Shown: positions 8,709-17,596 of the stretch, piece after piece
Position numbering within the stretch: the stretch's first letter is position 1
Layout of the letters: every line of letters begins with the position of its first letter
Source of the DNA: Candidatus Dojkabacteria bacterium
Lineage (GTDB): Bacteria; Patescibacteriota; Dojkabacteria; SC72
Reading direction: 5' to 3'
Assembly: GCA_041656215.1 (NCBI GenBank)
Contig: JBBADY010000002.1
Coordinates: 1 to 53,366 of the forward strand
Length of the DNA stretch: 53,366 nt
Program-made: the position numbers and the translations under genes
The notes under the pieces: model-generated
Told to the model about the DNA's origin: nothing
Seen by the model: the letters and a program-made list of their open reading frames with translations, nothing else
The model's database searches: none

Positions 8709-9026
8709 GTGATAGAAAAGATAGTACTAAATATTAGTAAACTGTTTGCATCTCCTATATTTGCTCAAAACGATGATGCTCCTCCACCTAAGATAGAGCT
8801 TATCTTTGGTCCAATAGAGAATATCTTTGATATGTTTCTTCCAATTGGGGCATTAATAGCAGTAGCTATGATTATCTATGGTGGTTATCTATACATCATC
8901 TCTGGAGGAGATCCTGCTAGAAAACAGTTAGCACAGGGTACACTTACTTGGTCAGTAATAGGTTTAATATTTCTCTTTCTAATTAAGGGTATATTAACAC
9001 TTATAGTAGACTTCATAGGTGCATAG
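8709..9026 (+). CDS. VirB2/TrbC-like pilin paralogue 5
   Basis: GTG start 2 nt after the stop of paralogue 4. ALIAVAMIIYGGYLYIISGGDPARKQLAQG followed by a second TM. Confidence 0.65.
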   Translation: MIEKIVLNISKLFASPIFAQNDDAPPPKIELIFGPIENIFDMFLPIGALIAVAMIIYGGYLYIISGGDPARKQLAQGTLTWSVIGLIFLFLIKGILTLIVDFIGA

Positions 9027-9046
9027 CTTGGTCTTTTTCTTACACA

Positions 9047-9055
9047 TGCTATAAT
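9047..9055 (+). promoter_or_regulatory. extended -10 TGcTATAAT, 7 nt upstream of ATG 9063
   Basis: catGCTATAAT-ttgttta-ATG. Confidence 0.5.
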
Positions 9056-9062
9056 TTGTTTA

Positions 9063-10886
9063 ATGTCTAAGTACAAAACTGTCCAACAATTTGTAATGTT
9101 TTTACTGTTTTTCTCATTTCTCCTTTTTTTTGTTTCTAACCTTTCTTCTTCTGTATATTCAGGACCTGCAGAGGATCTAGAAGCAGAGATTAATAGAAAG
9201 ACAGAGGAGTTAAACAAAAACAAGAGTACTCTCTCCGCTATTGAAAAAAGAATTGCAGAGATTAGCGGTAGTAATTACTCATTAACAGAGAAGGTTAATC
9301 TTTTAAATGCAGAGATTACAAAATTACAAGAACAGATAGATGTTAAAGCGACTGAGATAGATGAAAAGTTAAAACTTATCGCAGAGAAAGAGGAGTTACT
9401 TAATCTTAAGAAAGAGCTTTCTGATATGGTTTCTTCCGAACTATATATGCAATCAAGGCATGGTGGTAGTCAATTACTTCTTTCTTTTACTAACTTAGAG
9501 AATCTTTTACAGAATCTCTTTATTAAAAAGACAGCTATTTCAATACTTAGAAGTGATATAGAGAAGATAAGTGGGGAGTTTTCATCATTAAGTGATATGA
9601 AAGAGGGTTTAGAGAATGAGAAATTAGATTTAGATACACAGAAGAAAGATTTAGATGATTCATATGCTTTAGTATTAGCAGAGAAAGAGAAGATACAGAA
9701 GGAGTTAAATGCACATTTAGCTACTAAAAAGAATGTAGTTAAATCTATTAATGGTCTTTCTGCAGAGCTATCAGATTTACAGTATCAGTTAATAATTGCA
9801 AGACAGGGAGGTACTTATGTAAATATAGATTCTGTACCTGTTAGTGGAGATTATAACTCTACATTGGCAGGTTTTAATGCGAATGCACCTGCAGGCTCGT
9901 TCGGAGTATTTTCAATAGGGGCATATACACACAGAAATGGTATGAGTCAGTGGGGGGCAAGAGCTAGAGCTAATGCAGGGCAGAGCTATCAACAGATACT
10001 TAATGCCTACTATCCTGGTAGAGCATTTAGAACAGACACTGTTGTAATCTCTGGAGTAAGTGAGAATATAATGAGCAGTATACCGACTACTACATACGGG
10101 ACTTTGAATTTTGAGGATGATTATCTATTAAGGCTTAATGAGGTCCCTGAATCATGGCCTATGGAGGTATTAAAAGCTCAAGCTATTGCTGCAAGAACAT
10201 ATGCAATTAACTATACCCAAAATGGTAGGAAAGCTATTTGCACAAGTGAAAGCTGTCAGGTAGTTGGTGCTGGTCAAAAAACTGGTGCTTGGAAAACTGC
10301 AGTTCAAGCAACTAGGGGAGTAATACTTACTGATGGAAATGGTTCTGCATTCTCTGCTCAGTATGCAGCTGTACATGGAGGTTGGGGTAATCAGATTGGC
10401 TGGGATACTACGGATGGCTCTGGTAGTGGGGATTGGATGGGTAGAGCATGGGATAGGCTATCCAATGTCTCATGGTTTTATAAAGTATGGTATAGGCAAA
10501 CATACAGTGAATCTAGCTCTACATGCGGAAGAAGTCCATGGCTATCTCAATCAGAGATGGCAGATCTTGTTAATATATATCAAATATGGAAAGCAAGTGG
10601 TGGAAATGATTCAAGAGTATATCCTGTAATAGATGGATGTCATGTTAACAAAGGGCAGTATACTCATGCAGATGCAAGATCTCTTGCTGCAAAGCCTGTA
10701 ACTTCTATTTCCTCTGTTATTGTGACTAGTAGTAATGGTTCTACTGGTACTGTAATTTTTGGAACAAATGCAGGTACAATCAGTATGACTGGTAATGAGT
10801 TTAAAACAATATATAACTTACGAGCTCCAGGGCATTTAAGAATACCTCAAAGTAGCTTTGTACATATAAATATACATAAGAAGTAA
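9063..10886 (+). CDS. secreted or membrane-anchored coiled-coil protein with a SpoIID/LytB peptidoglycan-hydrolase domain
   Basis: N-terminal hydrophobic segment, then about 200 aa of heptad-rich E/K/L sequence. SpoIID signature: VPESWPMEVLKAQAIAARTYAINY...CQVV...TRGVILT...YAAVHGG. Confidence 0.82.
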   Translation: MSKYKTVQQFVMFLLFFSFLLFFVSNLSSSVYSGPAEDLEAEINRKTEELNKNKSTLSAIEKRIAEISGSNYSLTEKVNLLNAEITKLQEQIDVKATEIDEKLKLIAEKEELLNLKKELSDMVSSELYMQSRHGGSQLLLSFTNLENLLQNLFIKKTAISILRSDIEKISGEFSSLSDMKEGLENEKLDLDTQKKDLDDSYALVLAEKEKIQKELNAHLATKKNVVKSINGLSAELSDLQYQLIIARQGGTYVNIDSVPVSGDYNSTLAGFNANAPAGSFGVFSIGAYTHRNGMSQWGARARANAGQSYQQILNAYYPGRAFRTDTVVISGVSENIMSSIPTTTYGTLNFEDDYLLRLNEVPESWPMEVLKAQAIAARTYAINYTQNGRKAICTSESCQVVGAGQKTGAWKTAVQATRGVILTDGNGSAFSAQYAAVHGGWGNQIGWDTTDGSGSGDWMGRAWDRLSNVSWFYKVWYRQTYSESSSTCGRSPWLSQSEMADLVNIYQIWKASGGNDSRVYPVIDGCHVNKGQYTHADARSLAAKPVTSISSVIVTSSNGSTGTVIFGTNAGTISMTGNEFKTIYNLRAPGHLRIPQSSFVHINIHKK

Positions 10887-10934
10887 AGATTAAATGTATT
10901 GTTAAATAGGGGATTTCTATGATATCCTAATTAT

Positions 10935-11567
10935 ATGGATAAACCTAAGAGAAATATTCCTAAGAAATTTCAGAAATCTAAGAAATCATTTGTAGATAGG
11001 GTATATCTTGAATCGCAGAAGAGTAGTTTTAATAATGTATCTGCATTCCCTAAAGGTATTAGCTTCTATGGTAAGGATAGTGATGAGGATATTGTATTGG
11101 TTGTTAGAGCCCATTGGATAGCATATTTACCAGATCTCTTTGTAATACTCTTAGTTCTTCTCTTACCAGTACTACTACTTTTTCTCTCTGGATTTTATCC
11201 ATTAATAGGGACTCAAGTACTATATATTGGAATGATTATTCTCTCCATTGGTGTTGCATTCACACTACTGCTATCTACACTACTTAAGTGGTATTACACA
11301 GTTAACATTATTACAGATCAAAGAATTGTAGTAATTAAAATGAATAACGCATTCCATCATTCATACGCAGAGACACAGTTAGAGAAGATAGAGGATATGA
11401 CACATCACCATTTAGGCTTTCTTGGAACTTTCTTTGATGTAGGAGATGTAGAAATAGATACTGCAGGCCATGGAGTAGACTTTGTACTAAGGATGTTACC
11501 AAGACCAAGAGAGATGCAAGATATTTTAAATGATCTGCTTGAGATGAAGCAGAAAGGAGATATATAG
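10935..11567 (+). CDS. membrane protein with a bacterial PH (bPH_2/YdbT-like) domain
   Basis: Two TM helices followed by YYTVNIITDQRIVVIK...FLGTFFDVGDVEIDTAG. Confidence 0.55.
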   Translation: MDKPKRNIPKKFQKSKKSFVDRVYLESQKSSFNNVSAFPKGISFYGKDSDEDIVLVVRAHWIAYLPDLFVILLVLLLPVLLLFLSGFYPLIGTQVLYIGMIILSIGVAFTLLLSTLLKWYYTVNIITDQRIVVIKMNNAFHHSYAETQLEKIEDMTHHHLGFLGTFFDVGDVEIDTAGHGVDFVLRMLPRPREMQDILNDLLEMKQKGDI

Positions 11568-11568
11568 T

Positions 11569-11826
11569 ATGGAGAGTATATATGAACAGCTTTTTACAAA
11601 CAGTTTAACCCTTTCTCTTAATTTAGGAGATATACTGAAAATTCCTCTTGTAGTTATCTTACTAGCTAATATCTTCTACTCCTTTATGTTAGTGCTTAAG
11701 ATTAAAGTATTAATAGATACGATAGGGACACGCAGTAGTGGTAAGATAAAGAAAATAGGGTATTTAAATCTAGGTATATCAATAGTAATAGGGATATTAG
11801 CAACCTTTATAATTCTATTAGGATAA
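11569..11826 (+). CDS. small 2-TM membrane protein, hypothetical
   Basis: 85-aa ORF whose ATG lies 2 nt after the preceding stop. Two hydrophobic helices. Confidence 0.45.
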   Translation: MESIYEQLFTNSLTLSLNLGDILKIPLVVILLANIFYSFMLVLKIKVLIDTIGTRSSGKIKKIGYLNLGISIVIGILATFIILLG

Positions 11827-11831
11827 TATAA

Positions 11832-14093
11832 ATGAGTGTAGCTGCCTCTCAATATTTAAACAATTCAAATACAGGTAAATCTTTTACAGGAGTATTCCAC
11901 TATACAACACCTGTTAGAGGTAAGCATGATTCAGCTGTAGAGATATACGGCTTACTCTCTGTTAAGAGTGAAGTAGAGATCCCTGGTGCTAATATTGCTA
12001 AATTCGCATGGAGTGGTATTGTAGATGGGTTTGAATATTCAAAGACAGACTCTATAAATGAGGCTCTTAAGGTTGCACTTACAGAGTCAACTAGAAGAAT
12101 TAAACAGTTAATTGCAAATGATAAAAATATTTCTTCTCACGGTGTAAATATTAACTTCTCTGTTTTTGTATCTTGTTCAAAAGGATTGTATGTTGGCTCT
12201 CTTGGTGATTGTGATATATATATCTATAAAAAAGATAGGCTTGTAGATATACATGAGATGTTAAGTAAAAAGAGTGCAAAGACTGCTGGGTTGATAATAG
12301 AGGAAGAGGATATACTTTTTTCCTCAACTAAGGGTTTTCTTAAAAGAAATATTGAGAAATTAACAGGGCTATCAAATAAAAAGGATTTGTTAGAAGCATT
12401 AGATAGTATTGCTCATAAACTAGAAGATGATGAGGGACTTCTCATACTAACAGAAGATGAGGAGAAACCTAAAGAGGAGGAAGTAGTTCTTGAGGAGAAG
12501 ATAGTAGAGAATGAATTAGACTCCGACTATATTCCTACTCAAAAAGAGAGTGTAGTAAAGAAGGATATAAAAGAGAGAGATTTGAAAAGTTTGTTAATTG
12601 CCTTTAAGAGTAAGAGTATACTCTTTCTTAAACCTCTATTTCTTAAATTAAAATCAGCATTACTTTCTCTAAAAGATTCTCTTAAGAGAGTTAAAATAAA
12701 GAATCCTTTCTCTAAGAGTATTCTAAAGATAAAGGATAGCTTAAAGAATAAAAGATGGTTTAAGAGAATATCTGCAAAAGTTTCTCAATCAGATCTTAAT
12801 AGTAGTAAAAAGGCTCAGTTTAAGGGTTTTAAAGTAGATGGGTATATGATAAAGAATAAGAAGATAGAGAGATTTAAGATTCTCTTCTTTATCATTCTGG
12901 CAATAGTTGTAATTGTTGGTGGAGTTAAATTTACTATTGATCAGAAAGAGGCTAGAAGGATTAGTAATGAGGCAAATGCGGTATTTACTACTGTAGAGGG
13001 TCTTGTTAAAGATGCAGAGGAGAAAGCTCCTACTGATAGGGCTACTTCTGAGACTCTCATATTTAGAGCAGCAGATGAATTAAAGAAAGTGCCTGAGAAT
13101 TTAAGAGAGAAAGATACTATTAAGTTTGAAGACCTTAAGAGTAGGGTACTTGCTTTGCAAGATGTGCTGTATAAGAGAGTAGGACTAGTTGATTCAGATG
13201 GCTCTATAGAGACATATATAGAAACAAGGCTGGCATTTGGAGAGGGTTCCAAGCCAAGTGATATTGCTATGTATTCTGATAGTAAAGGTAATGAGTATCT
13301 TCTTGTTACAGATCCTTCTTTGAAGGGTGTCTTCGCTATCTCTTTGTATGATAAGGAGGTTAAACGTCTCTCAGATAGCAATTCAGTACTTCAGGAACCT
13401 GCAATGCTGTATATAGGTAAGAGTGGACTCTTTGTGCTAGATACTCGTGTTGGTGTCGTAAAAGCGGAGTTTGATGATAATGGATGGTTTAAGCCTTTCG
13501 TTAAACTTACAGGTTTAGGTATAGAGAATATTGGAGCTAAGGATATAGCTGAGTTTGCGGTTTTAACAGACATAGATAATGTATATATTTTAGATAGAGG
13601 GGAGAAAGCATTACTTAAATCTTCAAACTTTGGATCTGGGTATGGTCTCTCTTTTGCATATATAAAGGATGATTCATTTGCACAGGCAAATGATATATTG
13701 GCTGACTTGAGTGTATACATATTAACATCAGGTTCTACTGGGTTGCATAGGTATATATATAGCTATTTTGAGAGTAAAATGATACCTTCACCTTTAGAGA
13801 TATTAGGTCTAGATGGAGAGATTAAGAATCTAACCTATGGCTATACAAGAGGAGAGCTTAGTTTCGATTTATATCTTTTTGATAAAGAGGATAGAAGAGT
13901 TATGAGATTTGAGAAACCAATAGAGGGTGGGGGAGAAGTTAGACATCCGAATCAAGCTTTACTAAAGAATCAGTATATCTATAGAGGTAGTAGAGAGAAT
14001 GTATGGTCTGAAGTGAATGATTTGGTTGTTACAAAGGATCAGAAGACACTGTATATATTAGATTCTTCAATTATATGGAAAGTTAGGTTATAG
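11832..14093 (+). CDS. large bitopic hypothetical protein: N-terminal PP2C/SpoIIE-like region, K-rich linker, one TM, about 370-aa C-terminal repeat or beta-rich domain
   Basis: 753-aa ORF. GLYVGSLGDCDIYIYKKDRLVDI resembles the PP2C GDSR segment. The TM is FKILFFIILAIVVIVGGVKF. Confidence 0.55.
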   Translation: MSVAASQYLNNSNTGKSFTGVFHYTTPVRGKHDSAVEIYGLLSVKSEVEIPGANIAKFAWSGIVDGFEYSKTDSINEALKVALTESTRRIKQLIANDKNISSHGVNINFSVFVSCSKGLYVGSLGDCDIYIYKKDRLVDIHEMLSKKSAKTAGLIIEEEDILFSSTKGFLKRNIEKLTGLSNKKDLLEALDSIAHKLEDDEGLLILTEDEEKPKEEEVVLEEKIVENELDSDYIPTQKESVVKKDIKERDLKSLLIAFKSKSILFLKPLFLKLKSALLSLKDSLKRVKIKNPFSKSILKIKDSLKNKRWFKRISAKVSQSDLNSSKKAQFKGFKVDGYMIKNKKIERFKILFFIILAIVVIVGGVKFTIDQKEARRISNEANAVFTTVEGLVKDAEEKAPTDRATSETLIFRAADELKKVPENLREKDTIKFEDLKSRVLALQDVLYKRVGLVDSDGSIETYIETRLAFGEGSKPSDIAMYSDSKGNEYLLVTDPSLKGVFAISLYDKEVKRLSDSNSVLQEPAMLYIGKSGLFVLDTRVGVVKAEFDDNGWFKPFVKLTGLGIENIGAKDIAEFAVLTDIDNVYILDRGEKALLKSSNFGSGYGLSFAYIKDDSFAQANDILADLSVYILTSGSTGLHRYIYSYFESKMIPSPLEILGLDGEIKNLTYGYTRGELSFDLYLFDKEDRRVMRFEKPIEGGGEVRHPNQALLKNQYIYRGSRENVWSEVNDLVVTKDQKTLYILDSSIIWKVRL

Positions 14094-14104
14094 CCTTTTA
14101 ATGG

Positions 14105-14113
14105 TGATATAAT
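14105..14113 (+). promoter_or_regulatory. extended -10 TGaTATAAT, 5 nt upstream of the smpB ATG
   Basis: ggTGATATAAT-cgctt-ATG(14119). Confidence 0.55.
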
Positions 14114-14118
14114 CGCTT

Positions 14119-14562
14119 ATGAGAATTATTAATAAAAAAGCGTTATACAATTATGAAATCTTAGAGAGATTTGAAGCAGGTATTGTATTAACTGGCTCTG
14201 AGGTAAAAGCAATAAGGGATAGTAGGTGTAATTTAGGGGATGCTTTTGTTAAGATAATCTCTGATGAGCTGTGGGTCGTTAATATGGATATACCTAAGTA
14301 TAAATATGATGGTTCTTCTGATTATGATTCTGCAAGATCAAGGAAATTGCTTGTTAAAAAGAAAGAATTAACGTATTTTGAGAGTAAGATGAAGCAAGGA
14401 AATCTTACCCTTATTCCTCTTAGTGTGTACAGTAAGGGAAGAAATATTAAGGTAGAAGTAGGCTTAGCTAGAGGTAAGAAAAGGTATGAGAAAAAGCTGA
14501 AAGAGAAGGAGAGAGATTTAGATAGAGAGCTACTATTGGAAAAAAGAAAATATATGATATAA
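14119..14562 (+). CDS. smpB: SsrA-binding protein SmpB
   Basis: INKKALYNYEILERFEAGIVLTGSEVKAIR plus a basic C-terminal tail. Typical length of 147 aa. Confidence 0.93.
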   Translation: MRIINKKALYNYEILERFEAGIVLTGSEVKAIRDSRCNLGDAFVKIISDELWVVNMDIPKYKYDGSSDYDSARSRKLLVKKKELTYFESKMKQGNLTLIPLSVYSKGRNIKVEVGLARGKKRYEKKLKEKERDLDRELLLEKRKYMI

Positions 14563-14574
14563 TTATTATAGGTT

Positions 14575-14880
14575 ATGGCAGAGATAAAAGAATTACAACC
14601 AAAGAACAGCTTTTCAGTAGAGGGACCACACTCTTCAGAAGGTCCATCTTTTGAAGTTGGAACTGAAGCAAGAGCTGTTACTCCTACACAAGAAATCAAA
14701 CCTACTGTGCAGGCAGAGAGAGCTGATGTAAAAGAAATAGATTCTCAAGTACAGGAATCTTCAATTAGAGTAAATACTTCCAAGGTAAAGACTTTTGATA
14801 TTAATGCTCCGATTAAAGATGGTAGTACATGGTTAGATATATTAGAAGCAAAAAGGGTAGGAGAAGAACTTCCTCAATAA
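14575..14880 (+). CDS. acidic, probably disordered hypothetical protein
   Basis: 101-aa ORF with no recognisable domain. Confidence 0.4.
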   Translation: MAEIKELQPKNSFSVEGPHSSEGPSFEVGTEARAVTPTQEIKPTVQAERADVKEIDSQVQESSIRVNTSKVKTFDINAPIKDGSTWLDILEAKRVGEELPQ

Positions 14881-14947
14881 CCTCTCGATTACACTTTCTA
14901 AGTATGATATCCTTTCTATAGAGATTGTTTAAGCTGTCCATTCTTTT

Positions 14948-17470
14948 ATGAAACCATATATTTTTGCTCAAATAGGTCCAATGCCAAATAATTCTCAGCA
15001 AGAGATTATCATTGCTGACCCAAGAGAGTATCCAAAAGATTCATATGATGAGTTTAATAACTCTGGTATTACCATTCCATGGGGATGGATTTTCTTCTTT
15101 CTCTTCTTTATTGGTCTTGTAGCATTAGCTTTCTTCAAAGTAAGAAGTAAGTTACTTAAAAAAGATAGGGATGATAAAGCGAAGGAGTGGGTACTTTACG
15201 AGGTAAGAGTCCCAAGAGGGAACGAGACAGAGATAGGGGTTGCAGAGAAGATGTTTGCTAATCTTGTAGGTATTGGTGGTAAGGGTAAGGGTGTAGCAGA
15301 GAGGTTTACTGTAAATAACAGTATTAGTTTTGAAATAATGGCTGTACCTGGAGAGATAAAGTTCTTTGTATATACTCCTCTTAATTTAGCAGATCTAGTT
15401 GAAAAGCAGATATTAGGTTCATACCAAGATGCTGAAGTTAAGAAGGTTGATGATTATAATATTTTTAATAAAGATTCTAAGGTAGCATTTACACGCTTAG
15501 AGCTTGATGATGAGACATACTGCCCTATAAAGGTATTTGATGATTTTACAGGAGATCCTCTTGCGAATGTATTAAGTACACTCAGTAAAATGTCTGATAA
15601 TGAGGGAGCTATGGTACAGATAGTGATCTCCCCAAGTGATAGTAAATGGCAGAAGAATGGTTCTAGTTTTGTAAAGAAGGTTGAGAATAATAATCAGGAT
15701 CCCGAAAAGAAGAAGATTAATGTAAGTCAGGAGAAGTTACAGGGTATTAGTAAGAAGGTTTCTAAGAATGGGTTTAAAGTAGATATTAGAATTGTTACAA
15801 ATGCTCCAGATGAATCATTAGCTAAGATGCATTTAGATAATATCATTGGTGCTTTCGATCAGTTTAGTAACCCTGGTATAAATAGATTTAAGAAAGTAGC
15901 AGTTAAAGGTAAGGAGAAGGAGAGGGAGTTTATGTTAGATGTGATATATAGAAGAACATCTTTAGAGAGTGGTAGTATTTTAAATGTAGAGGAGTTAGCA
16001 ACCCTTTATCATTTTCCTAACAAAGAGATTACAACACCTAATATTAATTGGTTACTTGCAAGGGAGATACCTGCGGATAATACAATTAGTTCTAATATTA
16101 AATCTAAAGATACAATATGGGTGGGTAATAATGTGTTTAGAGATAAGACAAAGGCTATATGTTTTCAAAGAGAGGATAGAAGAAGACACTCCTATATACT
16201 TGGTCAAACAGGTTCAGGTAAGTCTTGGCTTATGACAAGAATGATCGTTCAGGATATATATAATGGAGATGGTGTCTGCTTTATAGATCCTCATGGTCAA
16301 ACAGCTGAGATGATTTTAGAACGTATTCCACCAGAGAGAGTGGAGGATGTAATCTACTTTAATGCTGCGGACTTTGAAAGACCTTTTGGTCTTAACATTA
16401 TGGAGTATTACAATGAGCAGCATATGCATCAGATTGTTAATAGTTTCATTGCTCTCTTAATCCGTCTATTCGATCCACATAATCAGGGATATGTAGGGCC
16501 AATGATGCAACAGGCCGTTAGAAACTCTATGCTAACTGCTATGAGTGAGAAGGGTTCTACATTAATAGAAGTTGTTAGAATACTGCAAGATGAGAAATGG
16601 GTACAGGAGAAATGGTTACCTTTAGTTAAAGATGAATTAGTTAGAAGATATTGGATAGATCAGGTTGCTAAGACAGATCAGAAGACTAAATCAGAGAGTC
16701 TTGGTTACTTTATTTCTAAGTTTGATAAATTTACAACAAACTTAGCTATTAGAAATGTAATAGGGCAGTCTGAATCATCGTTTGATTTTAGAGAGGTTAT
16801 GGATAATGGGAAGATATTAATTGTGAATCTTGGAAAAGGTTTACTAGGGGAGGAGAATATGTCATTCCTTGGCTTACTGTTAGTTCAAAAGATGTTAGCT
16901 GCTGCTCTAAGTAGAGAGAATGTGGCTGAGGATAAAAGAAGAGACTTCTTCTTCTATGCTGATGAGTTCCAAAATTTTGCAACCGATGAATTTACCTCAA
17001 TCCTTTCTGAAGCAAGGAAGTATAAATTGAATCTTACTCTTGCACATCAATATATTGGTCAGCTTCCAGAGAATATTAAGGGTGCTGTATTTGGTAATGT
17101 AGGCTCTCTATTTGTTGGAAGATGTGGGTCAGAGGATGCTAACTTCTTAGAACCACAGTTTGAATCATATGTTAAAGCTACAGATTTGATAAATCAGGGT
17201 ACTGCACATTACTATGTAAAGATGCTAAATGAAGGTTCATATCCAGGGCCTTTCTCTCTTGATGCTAGATATGGTCCTAAATTCCCAGAGAGTGGTTTTG
17301 ATATGAAAGCTAATCCAGAGGTTGCAAGAATTATTAAAGAGATGTCTAGACTAAAGTATGGTAGAGATGTGAATATCGTAAATATGGATATTAACAGAAG
17401 ATCTGACTTAGAAAGAGTGGAGGAAAAGGAGCCTCAATCTCCTACAGGTTTCCCTCCTATCAATTTTTAG
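14948..17470 (+). CDS. T4SS coupling-protein-like ATPase (VirD4/TrwB/TraD family) with an N-terminal TM and a lineage-specific domain
   Basis: Walker A is ILGQTGSGKSW, followed by CFIDPHG. Walker B is FFFYADEFQNF. The TraG/TraD C-terminal-like segment is EARKYKLNLTLAHQYIGQL. Confidence 0.78.
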   Translation: MKPYIFAQIGPMPNNSQQEIIIADPREYPKDSYDEFNNSGITIPWGWIFFFLFFIGLVALAFFKVRSKLLKKDRDDKAKEWVLYEVRVPRGNETEIGVAEKMFANLVGIGGKGKGVAERFTVNNSISFEIMAVPGEIKFFVYTPLNLADLVEKQILGSYQDAEVKKVDDYNIFNKDSKVAFTRLELDDETYCPIKVFDDFTGDPLANVLSTLSKMSDNEGAMVQIVISPSDSKWQKNGSSFVKKVENNNQDPEKKKINVSQEKLQGISKKVSKNGFKVDIRIVTNAPDESLAKMHLDNIIGAFDQFSNPGINRFKKVAVKGKEKEREFMLDVIYRRTSLESGSILNVEELATLYHFPNKEITTPNINWLLAREIPADNTISSNIKSKDTIWVGNNVFRDKTKAICFQREDRRRHSYILGQTGSGKSWLMTRMIVQDIYNGDGVCFIDPHGQTAEMILERIPPERVEDVIYFNAADFERPFGLNIMEYYNEQHMHQIVNSFIALLIRLFDPHNQGYVGPMMQQAVRNSMLTAMSEKGSTLIEVVRILQDEKWVQEKWLPLVKDELVRRYWIDQVAKTDQKTKSESLGYFISKFDKFTTNLAIRNVIGQSESSFDFREVMDNGKILIVNLGKGLLGEENMSFLGLLLVQKMLAAALSRENVAEDKRRDFFFYADEFQNFATDEFTSILSEARKYKLNLTLAHQYIGQLPENIKGAVFGNVGSLFVGRCGSEDANFLEPQFESYVKATDLINQGTAHYYVKMLNEGSYPGPFSLDARYGPKFPESGFDMKANPEVARIIKEMSRLKYGRDVNIVNMDINRRSDLERVEEKEPQSPTGFPPINF

Positions 17471-17522
17471 TAAGGTACTGCACAAATCCTCAAGTTTCTG
17501 GTAAAATCGCATGTACTCGTAT

Positions 17523-17596
17523 GGGAGTATAGCTCAGGTGGTTAGAGCACGGTTCTTATAAAGCCGAGGTCGATGGTTCAAACCCATCTACTCCCA
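17523..17596 (+). tRNA. tRNA-Ile (anticodon TAT)
   Basis: Cloverleaf GGGAGTA..TACTCCC-A. Anticodon stem CGGTT/AGCCG, loop CTTATAA. No encoded CCA. Confidence 0.88.

Noticed and set aside
12941-13720. Antisense shadow ORFs inside long CDSs, for example 12941-13381, 13391-13720, 21377-21913, 36277-36735, 36922-37461, 39978-40418 and 48913-49518.
   Set aside because: Each is fully contained in a sense-strand gene with clear family motifs. Their S/P/L-rich, low-complexity translations are typical of antisense frames in AT-rich DNA.
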